Part shown: one piece after another, positions 10,831 through 19,851 of the stretch
How the letters are laid out: each line of letters opens with the position of its first letter
Numbering within the stretch: the stretch's first letter is position 1
Source: Candidatus Tenderia sp.
GTDB taxonomy: Bacteria; Pseudomonadota; Gammaproteobacteria; Tenderiales; Tenderiaceae
Direction: 5' to 3'
Length of the DNA: 64,000 nt
NCBI GenBank assembly: GCA_031416075.1
Contig: JANOSY010000055.1
Coordinates: 9,156-73,155 of the forward strand
Notes under the pieces: generated by a model
Told to the model about the DNA's origin: nothing
Seen by the model: the letters and a program-made list of their open reading frames with translations, nothing else
Database searches by the model: none
Position numbers and translations under genes: made by a program

Positions 10831-11514
10831 ATGTCAGATAAAGTATATAGCCGCAGATTAATATCCTTACGAATAAAAGAATTTAAGAATGGCACGCCTC
10901 CACAAAAGCACTCACTGACACAGCTCCTTGAATATATTGGGAATGAGATTGAACTAGCATCACATGAAGAGGAAAAATTAGATAAAGATTGGTCTATCTT
11001 AAGAGATGCCCATCAATCTGCTTGTCGAGAATTAAACAATAGCAACAATGAATCAGCAGGCTGGATTTACTTCAAATTAGGAACACTTTATGAACGTCTG
11101 ACATCAGCTTATTATGAGGATCTAATGGATGATGTAATAGAGGACTACAAAGGCTTGGTCGACGCCGAATATAAACACACCAATCGAGAAGACTCTAGAT
11201 TAAAAGCACTACATACCAGAAATAATGCCAGCAAAGCTAATAAAGAACTAATCCAAATATGGGCAACAGAAATCTGGAAAAATGACATTTCAAAATCAAT
11301 TCGCCTAACTGACATGTGCGATGTGATTCACAAAACAATGGAAACCAGGGTAGAAAACGAAATCAAAGATGTATTTAAAGATGATGCGGATGATTGCAAG
11401 GAATGGATAGAAGCATTAAAAAAAGCCATCCCAAAAAAATCCGAGAGTCTTAAGCCATGGCTAAGAGAGGTAGCCCCTGATTACGCAAAAAAGCCTGGAA
11501 GACCAAAAAAATAA
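10831..11514 (+). CDS. Hypothetical protein with C-terminal PGRPKK (AT-hook-like) tail
   Basis: 227-aa AT-rich ORF with RBS, lying between int and alpA. Confidence 0.8.
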   Translation: MSDKVYSRRLISLRIKEFKNGTPPQKHSLTQLLEYIGNEIELASHEEEKLDKDWSILRDAHQSACRELNNSNNESAGWIYFKLGTLYERLTSAYYEDLMDDVIEDYKGLVDAEYKHTNREDSRLKALHTRNNASKANKELIQIWATEIWKNDISKSIRLTDMCDVIHKTMETRVENEIKDVFKDDADDCKEWIEALKKAIPKKSESLKPWLREVAPDYAKKPGRPKK

Positions 11515-11624
11515 ACGTAGTTAGCGCACGAAAATAATATTTCACGTGCGCCACACAAATATACCGAATGAAAAATATGGTATTAAATCCATAACCATCT
11601 ACAACAGCCCAAAAGGGGACAAAG

Positions 11625-11846
11625 ATGGTTAATAAATCTCAACAAATTAGAAGCCTTCCTGAAGTTGGTTACCTGAGATTAAATCAAGTTCTACAATTCA
11701 TTCCAGTTGGAAAATCGACCTGGTGGAATGGTGTTAAATCTGGCCGATTCCCTAAGCCTGTCAGATCACTAGGCAAACGAATCACAGCTTGGAAAGTAGA
11801 AGACATACGCACCCTGATTGAACAATCAGACAACCGGGGGGCATAA
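11625..11846 (+). CDS. alpA: AlpA-family excisionase/regulator
   Basis: YLRLNQVL..IPVGKSTWWNGVKSGRFPKPV..RITAWKVEDI. Confidence 0.92.
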   Translation: MVNKSQQIRSLPEVGYLRLNQVLQFIPVGKSTWWNGVKSGRFPKPVRSLGKRITAWKVEDIRTLIEQSDNRGA

Positions 11847-11847
11847 C

Positions 11848-12099
11848 ATGAAGAATAAATATTGTAGCAGTGCCACCGCCCAACGTGCCCGACTCCTGAC
11901 TGCATTGAGAAAAGGCCCGGTATCAACTATCAAGGCACGGCATGAACTGGACATCCTCGCACCAGCACCCCGCATTTATGAACTGCGACATTTGGAAGGC
12001 TTAAAGATAACCACCCACTGGCGCACTGAGACCACGCCAGAAGGCTTTACTCATCGCGTGGCTGAATATGTATTGCACAGCCAAGGCGGTGAGTTATGA
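11848..12099 (+). CDS. Small winged-HTH protein (HTH_39-like)
   Basis: QRARLLTALRKGPVSTIKARHELDI..PAPRIYELR; starts 1 nt after the alpA stop. Confidence 0.8.
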   Translation: MKNKYCSSATAQRARLLTALRKGPVSTIKARHELDILAPAPRIYELRHLEGLKITTHWRTETTPEGFTHRVAEYVLHSQGGEL

Positions 12100-12254
12100 G
12101 CGACTTCACAGCATCACGGGATGGCGACTGGATCAAAGAGCTTGAGCTGTTGATCCTTCGCCATGAAGAACAAGGGGCAGGATATGACATGGCCAGCATG
12201 ACCGATGCCGATAGATGGGGGCTGTATCTGCACCTCCAAAAACTGGAAGGCTGA
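12096..12254 (+). CDS. 52-aa hypothetical protein (not in ORF track)
   Basis: ATGA overlap with the upstream stop; MSDFTASRDGDWIKELELLILRHEEQGAGYDMASMTDADRWGLYLHLQKLEG; next ATG is 2 nt after its stop. Confidence 0.7.
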   Translation: MSDFTASRDGDWIKELELLILRHEEQGAGYDMASMTDADRWGLYLHLQKLEG

Positions 12255-12256
12255 AC

Positions 12257-12667
12257 ATGGCCCGCAATCGTCAGAAGATGAAGGGCCGCCGTGATGGCGG
12301 CTCGTTCATCATGCTCATTCATGCGCTGTTTGAGTGCCCTCACTACTCCAGTCTATCCCCCAGGGCCGTAAAACTGTTTTTTGGCCTCTGCGGGCAGTAC
12401 AGGGGCGGCAATAATGGCGATTTCACCATGGCGTGGTCAGTCATGCAGGCCAAGGGCTGGACATCCAAGGATCAATTGAACAAGGCGCGGTTAGAACTTC
12501 TTGAAAAAGGTTTCATTGTGCAAACCCGCCAAGGATGGAACAACCATTGTTCACTGTATGGAGTGACCCTCTGGCAAATTGATGAGTGTGGCGGAAAGCT
12601 GGACATACCCCCAACACGCACGCCACTAGGCTGGTGGAAAGATGGCAAACCGGGTGAGCAAAATTAA
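12257..12667 (+). CDS. Winged-HTH protein, putative replication initiator
   Basis: LSPRAVKLF..YRGGNNGDF..KARLELLEKGFIVQTRQG resembles small phage/satellite wHTH Rep-like proteins; iteron-like repeats follow immediately. Confidence 0.6.
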   Translation: MARNRQKMKGRRDGGSFIMLIHALFECPHYSSLSPRAVKLFFGLCGQYRGGNNGDFTMAWSVMQAKGWTSKDQLNKARLELLEKGFIVQTRQGWNNHCSLYGVTLWQIDECGGKLDIPPTRTPLGWWKDGKPGEQN

Positions 12668-12674
12668 AAACCGC

Positions 12675-12826
12675 GCCCCGTATTTAGTACCGATGTGCCC
12701 CGTGTGGCGGGGCAAAGAATAATAAGCAAGCGGTTAGGCCGACATCATTGCCCCGTGGGGCGGGTCAATCAGGGCGCTTTTTCAGAAGTCTTTGCCCCGT
12801 ATTTAGTACCCCTTTATATATGTACC
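12675..12826 (+). repeat. Iteron-like cluster (putative origin)
   Basis: GCCCCGT at 12675, 12697, 12750 and 12794. The outer pair is an exact 17-mer GCCCCGTATTTAGTACC and the inner pair are hairpins; AT-rich TTTATATATGTA follows. Confidence 0.7.
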
Positions 12827-13014
12827 ATGGGGTAAGGAATTAATCAGGTAGGGGAGAGGGTTAAAAATTCATGATTTAAGCATTACAGGCCGTTGGGGTA
12901 GACATTCTTTTACACGCTCAGTTGAGGATTTCAGAGAACCATAACCAAGCCAATTGACGCAAGGATAAACAATGCAAAACTCTCTAATGATTTCGGCAAA
13001 ATATGGAGGCCAGA

Positions 13015-13626
13015 ATGGGCGGAATAGGTAGCGGGCAGTACAGTCGTTACGGCGCAAGTCACACCACTGACGATTACCGGCTAATTGATGTACGACGCTG
13101 GCAACGTGACGGGCTACTGACACCAAATAAATATTTCAGTTGGCGATGGTCACGCCATGGCAAGGAAGTGGCCGCCATTAGAGTAAGCACGGAAATAAAT
13201 CGGGTGACTCTCATCTATCGCCACAGAAACGACGGCGGTGACTGGAAAGATGAGAGCTATCCCGTGTGGCTGGACTGGACACCCTGCAACTATGGCGGCC
13301 AAAGGGCATGGTTCCGCTGCCCTGCTAGTGGCTGTGGGCGGCGTGTGGCGATTCTCTACAGCGGCGGAATATTCGCCTGTCGTCACTGCTACCAACTGGC
13401 CTACCCCAGCCAGAGGGAAACCGCCGATAATCGAGCCACAAGGAGAGCGGACAAGATACGTGAGCGGCTAGGCTGGGAACCGGGGATATTGAATGGCTAT
13501 GGCTGTAAGCCTAAAGGGATGCACTGGCGCACCTTTGAGAAACTATCCGCCGAACATGATGCTTTTGTCGATGTATCAATGGCTATGATGGCTGAACAGC
13601 TGGGACTATTAAAGATGCTGCTGTAG
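13015..13626 (+). CDS. Conserved-looking island protein with zinc finger
   Basis: MGGIGSG start; WFRCPASGCGRR...FACRHCYQLAYPSQ; KPKGMHWRTF. Confidence 0.8.
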   Translation: MGGIGSGQYSRYGASHTTDDYRLIDVRRWQRDGLLTPNKYFSWRWSRHGKEVAAIRVSTEINRVTLIYRHRNDGGDWKDESYPVWLDWTPCNYGGQRAWFRCPASGCGRRVAILYSGGIFACRHCYQLAYPSQRETADNRATRRADKIRERLGWEPGILNGYGCKPKGMHWRTFEKLSAEHDAFVDVSMAMMAEQLGLLKMLL

Positions 13627-13696
13627 CGTTGTGGAAACCGGTGGGCCGGAGCGGTGAGTTACTAGAAACCACCAGCTACCCATATTAGGCTTGTGA

Positions 13697-14047
13697 CTAT
13701 TTTGAGCAAGGGAACGAATCAACCAGCCCATAGAACAATATAAGCTCCACGGGTACTTCAGGCGTTTTAGACTCCTTATACTCCGCAATCTTCGCGTCAA
13801 GAATAGCCATGTAATTATCAGCATTTAATGTCATTTTTCTGGGAGGACAGTATAAAGGAGGGCTTCCCCTGTTTTCTAAAATCACATTACTCCACGCATA
13901 GCCATCACCAACACCATTTATATGGAACAACATAGAAGCTCTGGATTTGGTTTTTAGTTCTTCATATCCTTGAACGTCAAGAGCGATTGCAGGTCTGGCA
14001 AAAAATAATGCTAAGAGTAATATCAGAACTACATTTTTATTTTCCAT
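13697..14047 (-). CDS. Secreted Rap1a/Tai-like immunity protein
   Basis: Signal peptide ending PAIA; YCPP..., C-terminal FPC two-cysteine pattern typical of the Rap1a family. Confidence 0.6.
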   Translation of the reverse strand: MENKNVVLILLLALFFARPAIALDVQGYEELKTKSRASMLFHINGVGDGYAWSNVILENRGSPPLYCPPRKMTLNADNYMAILDAKIAEYKESKTPEVPVELILFYGLVDSFPCSK

Positions 14048-14224
14048 AGCTTCTTTTCCATAGAGCCTAACAGGCAATAGACGGGCATCCATAACGCCAC
14101 AGTGTATTTAGCATTCAGACAACCGTATATTAATACCAATAGTACTGAAGTACTGACGGTAATAGCATGCCAAGCATGAAGCCCTCCCACTCTAACCTAA
14201 CCGTTAGATTATCTGCCATAGTTT

Positions 14225-14476
14225 TCTGTAGCTTTTATGGCACAAAGGTTGTGACCGTTGAATGCCTCAATAAGGATCGTACCCTAGGCAAGTCGGTCAA
14301 TACGTGAACCTAGAGCAGCTGAAGACCGGTCTGGCCTAGCACTACAAGCAATATGAAAGGGAGCAGCCGCCAACGGACCAGCGGGAATATGCTGAAGCAG
14401 AAGATAATGCCCACTCAATACACCTTGGCTTGTGGCGTGATACCTCACCCTTAGCCCCTTGGGAGTTTAGACATAG
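14225..14476 (+). pseudogene. Thermonuclease (SNase-like) C-terminal remnant
   Basis: Reads VNLEQLKTGLA*HYKQYEREQ / EYAEAEDNAHSIHLGLWRDTSPLAPWEFRH with an in-frame stop and a frameshift. Confidence 0.75.
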
Positions 14477-14553
14477 AGCCAAATAACGCGGCAACCACTC
14501 CCAGAACCAATAAATATTAAAAAGGCAAAACCATGGGACACACCCAGCACACA

Positions 14554-14573
14554 GGGGTAACTATGGGGGTAAC
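14554..14573 (+). repeat. Integrase arm-type site (right)
   Basis: GGGGTAACTATGGGGGTAAC, ~60 bp before the degenerate att core. Confidence 0.8.
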
Positions 14574-14822
14574 AGTGAAAACACAAGACATAGAAAATCT
14601 TATATAACAAATAGTTAAGACGATGTTTCGGTAGTCGCCGCCCCAACAAAAGGCTTCACAAGAGCCGAAGACGACCCGATAGGCCACATACAAAACGGCT
14701 TATCGGGTTTTTTATTACCCGTAACATTCCAAACGATCCTACTGTAGCAAAGGATTGGATTAATTTGGCCGCCTGATTACGAATGATCAACATCATCCAC
14801 AAGCTAACAGTCACCACAATCT

Positions 14823-15926
14823 TCATTGTGGAATAGAAATCGTACCCCGGCATTTTGGAAAGTTAGTGCACCCCCAAAACTCCTTACGATCATCACCGCC
14901 TTTTTTTGCGGCCCGCTTTACCATGGATGAACCACATTTAGGACAGACAGGGGCTGAATCAACACCTGGCTCCACACCAGCGGTAACCTCAACCTTCTCT
15001 GTTGTAGCAGGCTGATCGCCAGCAACAATCGCAACCACACCCCGACACTTAGGAAACCCGGAGCAGCCATAAAACTCCTCACCAGGGTTTTTACCTTTTT
15101 TAGAAGAGCGCCTGACCATCTCTTTGCCACACTTCGGGCATTTGGGAGAATCACCGGCCTGCTCACTTATCGGCTCTGCAACAACCATCGCGTCAAGCTC
15201 ATCCAGCGCAAACTTTGCCTTGTAGTTAATTGCTACTGGCTTGTGTAATAACGCCAGCTTATTGGCAAATGTAGTTAAGCTCTGTGTTGAAATAACCTTA
15301 GCCAGACTCATCACGAAAGAGAATGATTCATCATCAAAGTCTTTGTTAAACCGTTCCTTAAACTTGTCTGATTTCATCACCCCACTACAGTCATACAGCC
15401 CTTTGGTCGGTTTGGTGAGCCTCGATTGTGGCGATATCAGTACAATGTTGCGGTAATTCGGTTTGATTTTGATGCCTAGTCTGGTGGGCAGCAGATCATT
15501 GTCATTTAAAAGACAATCCAGAAGTCTGATATGCCTCTCATTTTGTGCGATAGGCGATGGGATAGAGTATGGTCTGTTTTTATAAAAATAGCTGAAGTCA
15601 CCCTCTTCAGAAATGACCACCCCACTATTGAAGTTCTTGGTCTCAATCACATAAACATCAAGCATTCGGCCAATTAACAGATGGTCAATCTGGGCGACAT
15701 CACCATCATGCTCAAGCCGCAGGTCATGAATCAGTACCCAGTTTTTAGTATTTCTGAAATCAAAGTCGAGATAATAAGAGGAGGAGTTTTCCCCCTTATT
15801 ACCGGAATAAAGTGACTTCAACTCACGATCAATCAGACTCTTTTTATCAGCCGGAAGATCACGCTCAAGAAGGTCAGACAAATAATCAATCTGCGCCTGA
15901 CAATCATCTTTATTTTTAATGATCAT
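14823..15926 (-). CDS. NERD nuclease-related domain protein with two topoisomerase-type C4 zinc ribbons
   Basis: GNKGE, LIHDL, QIDHLLI, VIETKN, PIAQNERH; two CPKCG..FYGC/FWGC..FPKCRG repeats. Confidence 0.9.
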   Translation of the reverse strand: MIIKNKDDCQAQIDYLSDLLERDLPADKKSLIDRELKSLYSGNKGENSSSYYLDFDFRNTKNWVLIHDLRLEHDGDVAQIDHLLIGRMLDVYVIETKNFNSGVVISEEGDFSYFYKNRPYSIPSPIAQNERHIRLLDCLLNDNDLLPTRLGIKIKPNYRNIVLISPQSRLTKPTKGLYDCSGVMKSDKFKERFNKDFDDESFSFVMSLAKVISTQSLTTFANKLALLHKPVAINYKAKFALDELDAMVVAEPISEQAGDSPKCPKCGKEMVRRSSKKGKNPGEEFYGCSGFPKCRGVVAIVAGDQPATTEKVEVTAGVEPGVDSAPVCPKCGSSMVKRAAKKGGDDRKEFWGCTNFPKCRGTISIPQ

Positions 15927-16076
15927 TTAAATACCACTTAAAAATATTAAACAACAAGGCAAGACACCGCTCAAGCAACCCATCACAACCAACTAGCAGA
16001 CAACACCTAAAACTGCGTGCGAGATAGCATATGCTGACGAAGGAGGCGCATCAGTCGATACACACAAATGATGCAC

Positions 16077-19000
16077 TTAGCCCCTCTGGTCCAGCACTCC
16101 CCCTCCCCCTCCCCTCCCTACAATCTCCATCAGCTTGCCAAAGCTGTTTACCACATCGTACTTCACCTGCTCTGACTTGATCTTGCGGTTTATCTCATCA
16201 AAAAACTTACGGGCGCATTCGATTTTTTTATCTTCAATGGCACGTAGCTGCATTGTAGACATGCTTCCCTTAGTCTCTGCCACAAAGTAAACATGCTTCA
16301 CCGTCCCCTCTTTGAAAGAGATAGCCCAATCTGGGTGGTAATCACCAACAGGGGTTGGGATAAAAAATCCACGCGGGAGCTTGGCGTAAACCACCACCTC
16401 AGTACTGCTATCCAGCTCGCTGGCAAACGTCCGTTCAACTGTCGATTCCGTTACCACATAATCATAGATATGGTGCTTTAACTTCTCGGTGGCATTACTG
16501 AAGTCCTGCCTGCTCTGCCCGGCGGTGAAGATGTCGATATTGTGGGTCTCGGCAAGCTCATCGTAGGTAAGCTGTTCGATAATCACCGTTGCCTTCTGCT
16601 CTTTAATCAGGCGGCTGGCTTCGCTGATAAAGTGCTCGGGGTTTTGTTTGAACTGGGCAAACACAATGGGTTGTATAGCGGCCAATATCCCGGCGATGGT
16701 TCGGCGGGTGAGTTGTGTATTCTCTGCCAGTTTACCCAGCAGGTCATACTTCACCATGGAGTGAATGGATGTGCCATGGGTTTCGGTTTTGGTGTTCTGC
16801 AACTTAAATCCGGCACCGTTTTTCGACTCATCATCCGTCACCTCATCCCCTTGAACACCGACTTGAATGGTGTATTGCAGCGGACTGACACGCAGCTCTT
16901 TATCCAGCACCCGCACACTGTTTTGTATCAGTTCACTGGAATCAAACTCCACGCGATAAACCGCCTTGTGATTGATACGTGCCCACAGCTCTTTGAACTC
17001 CTTCCTGTCAAAATTGGCATTAAGTGAATTGGTCTTAGAGGCGCGGTCATTCTCAGTCTGATTCAATTGCGTCTCACTGAATACGCTATCGATCAACCTA
17101 AATATCTGTTCTGCATAAGGTGCCAGCTCTGGCGGTAACTCCGCCAGCTCGCCCCTAGCTTTAGCGGTGTGATAAACCTCAGCAATTTGATCTGTCGCAT
17201 CGTCGGTGTAGTCATTCTTCAACAGATATTTGTAGATCTGCTTGGCCATCACTGGGCTGATTTCCAGCGTGCCAGTGTCGGTTTTGATAATCTTGCCGCT
17301 GAAATAAGCCTCGTCCGCCTTTCTTGGTCGCGCCGAAAGCGAGTCGCTGATTTCACGTTGCAGGTTGGCGACAAAATCCTTGTAGCTTTCGCTCGCCACC
17401 ACCGTCAGCACGTTGATCTCATGCACCGTGGCAGGATGATCCATGCGATCCCCCTGCTGATTCACTGACAGGCGCAGACCACGCCCGACTTCCTGACGGC
17501 GTGAGATGGTGTTGTCGCTGTGTTTGAGCATACACATCACAAATACATTGGGATTATCCCACCCCTCACGCAGCGCTGAGTGGGAGAAGATAAACCGCAC
17601 CGGCTCTTCAAACGAAAGCAGCCGCTCCTTCTTTTTCAAAATCAGATCATAAGCATCCACATCGTCAGACAACCCCGCGCCTTCACCACGGGCTTTAAAA
17701 CTCGGGTCAACCAAACGCTTGGATTTTTTATCAATCGAAAAATAACCCTCGTGTACCTTGGCAGCCTTATCCCGTGCCAGATAGGTTCGATACGCCTCGT
17801 TATCCAGCGGCAACTCACTCAGATACTCACTCTTGAGTTGTTCGTACTCCTCTTCAAACACGCGGGCGTAGGCACCATTTTCATCGGGCTGGCTGTAGTC
17901 GCGGTATTTCACCACCTCATCGATAAAAAAGAGCGACAACACCTTAATGCCCTGGCGGTGGAGCTGCTGCTCTTTTTCCAGATGGGACTTAATGGTTTCG
18001 CGGATTTGAATGCGGCGAATGGTCTCTTCTGTCACATCCCCCGTGGCATCACCCGCACTCAGCACCTCGCCATTGCTAAATTCCACGGTATCGTGGTGGG
18101 CATCAATCTGGGCAATCACAAAACCCGCGTATTGATCCAGCCCGTTAGAGGCATCAAACAGATTGCGCCCCTTCTCCAGCCGTAGCAGCTTGCGCTGAAT
18201 CGTGCCGGATTTTAGTTTCACCTCCAGCTCCATACGCGCCACCGGAGCCTGTTTAGAAATCTCGATGGACTCCAGATAGAGATAGGCACTGGTCCCAGCC
18301 AACCCTCTGACGGTAATGCCACGCACCGCGATCTTCTTCACCAGCTTCTGGTTATAGGCATCCAACGCATCAAGGCGATGAATCTTGTTGTGCTGGGTTT
18401 TGTGGGTGGCGGAGTAACGCATGATCATCAGCGGTTTAAACTTGGCCAGCGCCTCCAGCGTCTTTTTGCCCTCCATCTTCTGCGGTTCATCCAAAATCAG
18501 AATCGGGCGATTAGCACTGATTACATCGATAGGACGGCGCGACTGAAAATCATCCAGCTCGTCATAGATGCGGCGATTATCCTTGCCCACCGCATTAAAT
18601 GCCTGAATGTTAATCACCATCACATTGATACCGGCATCGGAAGAAAAACTCTCCAGATGGTGCAGCTGTTTGGAGTTGTAGATAAAAAAGCGCGCCTTTT
18701 TCCCGTAGCGCTCGGTAAAATGTTCCGCCGTTATCTCCAGCGACTTACACACCCCTTCACGAATCGCGATGCTCGGCACCACCACAATAAACTTGCCCCA
18801 GCCGTAACGTTTGTTCATCTCAAAGATGGTTTTGATATAGCAGTAGGTTTTACCGGTGCCGGTCTCCATCTCCACATCCAGATTAACCTTGCACCCGGCA
18901 CTGCTCACCAACGTATCGGAGATGGGCAGATTTTGCAGCCGCTGCACGGTGTGGATATTTTCCAACAGCTGTTGTTCACTCAGCTGAAACTCTGCATTTT

Positions 19001-19169
19001 TAAAACCGTACTCACTCGCCACGGTACTGCCAACGATCTTGCCCTTCGCCACATGGCCCGGATCAATACGGTATTGCAGCCCCGCTGTGTTCACATGGCC
19101 GGCAAAACAGTCCACCACCGACTCCACCGCATTGGTCTGGTAGCCTTGTACTTTGAATTTAAGCTTCAT
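16077..19169 (-). CDS. res: Type III restriction enzyme Res subunit
   Basis: [35 protein letters not shown]-terminal PD..ETK endonuclease motif. Confidence 0.95.
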   Translation of the reverse strand: MKLKFKVQGYQTNAVESVVDCFAGHVNTAGLQYRIDPGHVAKGKIVGSTVASEYGFKNAEFQLSEQQLLENIHTVQRLQNLPISDTLVSSAGCKVNLDVEMETGTGKTYCYIKTIFEMNKRYGWGKFIVVVPSIAIREGVCKSLEITAEHFTERYGKKARFFIYNSKQLHHLESFSSDAGINVMVINIQAFNAVGKDNRRIYDELDDFQSRRPIDVISANRPILILDEPQKMEGKKTLEALAKFKPLMIMRYSATHKTQHNKIHRLDALDAYNQKLVKKIAVRGITVRGLAGTSAYLYLESIEISKQAPVARMELEVKLKSGTIQRKLLRLEKGRNLFDASNGLDQYAGFVIAQIDAHHDTVEFSNGEVLSAGDATGDVTEETIRRIQIRETIKSHLEKEQQLHRQGIKVLSLFFIDEVVKYRDYSQPDENGAYARVFEEEYEQLKSEYLSELPLDNEAYRTYLARDKAAKVHEGYFSIDKKSKRLVDPSFKARGEGAGLSDDVDAYDLILKKKERLLSFEEPVRFIFSHSALREGWDNPNVFVMCMLKHSDNTISRRQEVGRGLRLSVNQQGDRMDHPATVHEINVLTVVASESYKDFVANLQREISDSLSARPRKADEAYFSGKIIKTDTGTLEISPVMAKQIYKYLLKNDYTDDATDQIAEVYHTAKARGELAELPPELAPYAEQIFRLIDSVFSETQLNQTENDRASKTNSLNANFDRKEFKELWARINHKAVYRVEFDSSELIQNSVRVLDKELRVSPLQYTIQVGVQGDEVTDDESKNGAGFKLQNTKTETHGTSIHSMVKYDLLGKLAENTQLTRRTIAGILAAIQPIVFAQFKQNPEHFISEASRLIKEQKATVIIEQLTYDELAETHNIDIFTAGQSRQDFSNATEKLKHHIYDYVVTESTVERTFASELDSSTEVVVYAKLPRGFFIPTPVGDYHPDWAISFKEGTVKHVYFVAETKGSMSTMQLRAIEDKKIECARKFFDEINRKIKSEQVKYDVVNSFGKLMEIVGRGGGGGVLDQRG

Positions 19170-19851
19170 CACTCACTCCTGCTAATTGTTCGAGTGACGT
19201 TAGCCAACCGTTAAATAACGGGCATTTTTCACGCATTGTCGCTATGCCGATTTCTCTGGCGATAGCAATGCCGGTGGTGGTTTTTTTAAATTTACCGCCG
19301 GGTGACCATGCATCCAACCGTTTGCCGGGGGCAGTGTTAGGGCTGTTGTTGATTGCCTCAGGCGCACCACATTGAGCGATAACACCGTCTACTACCTCCT
19401 TATCGATGCCCACCCTTGCGGCCAGCACCTCACTATTGCTAAACAACAGCGCTGCAAACTCATGAACCGCGAGGTAGGGGATAAAGCGGGTTTCAGCTCG
19501 CACGTTTGGATACTCTTGCATCACCGCTGACAGCGTTGCACCGTTTACAACCTCAGCAATCTTTGCAGGTACCGCCCCCCTTGGCACTTGGTCTATACCC
19601 GGCCACTCTTTAATTCCGTAATAATCGACAATCGTCGTAATGTAGGTATCTGAGCGCTGCTTGAGGTGATTTCTCAAATCCTTTATCGTACGGCTAAACT
19701 TCACATCCCCACCTTTTTGCCCAGGCTTTGAAACCAGGGTTGCCGTCATATAGACATTTCGTTCGGCAAGATATGGCTTGAGGATGGAATCTACAAAAAC
19801 CTGTTCAGTTTTGCCCTCTACAATGGCGATCACCTCAACGTAATCACTCAT
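19159..19851 (-). CDS. DUF4276-like TOPRIM-fold protein
   Basis: [15 protein letters not shown], HEFx[28 protein letters not shown]. Confidence 0.8.
   Translation of the reverse strand: MSDYVEVIAIVEGKTEQVFVDSILKPYLAERNVYMTATLVSKPGQKGGDVKFSRTIKDLRNHLKQRSDTYITTIVDYYGIKEWPGIDQVPRGAVPAKIAEVVNGATLSAVMQEYPNVRAETRFIPYLAVHEFAALLFSNSEVLAARVGIDKEVVDGVIAQCGAPEAINNSPNTAPGKRLDAWSPGGKFKKTTTGIAIAREIGIATMREKCPLFNGWLTSLEQLAGVSDEA

Larger units (their letters stand above)
9350..14642. mobile_element. ~5.3 kb integrative island with P4-type integrase at the tmRNA 3' end
   Basis: Integrase next to ssrA. attL TTCGattccCGCCGCCtccacca (9341-9363) aligns with a degenerate attR TTCGgtagtCGCCGCCccaacaa (14627-14649). 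The arm-type repeat GGGGTAACTATGGGGGT(T/A)AC occurs at 9479 and 14554. Confidence 0.85.

Noticed and set aside
16097-16121. G-quadruplex-like GGGA repeats at the res 3' end
   Set aside because: Single short tract encoding a Gly tail; no evidence of function.
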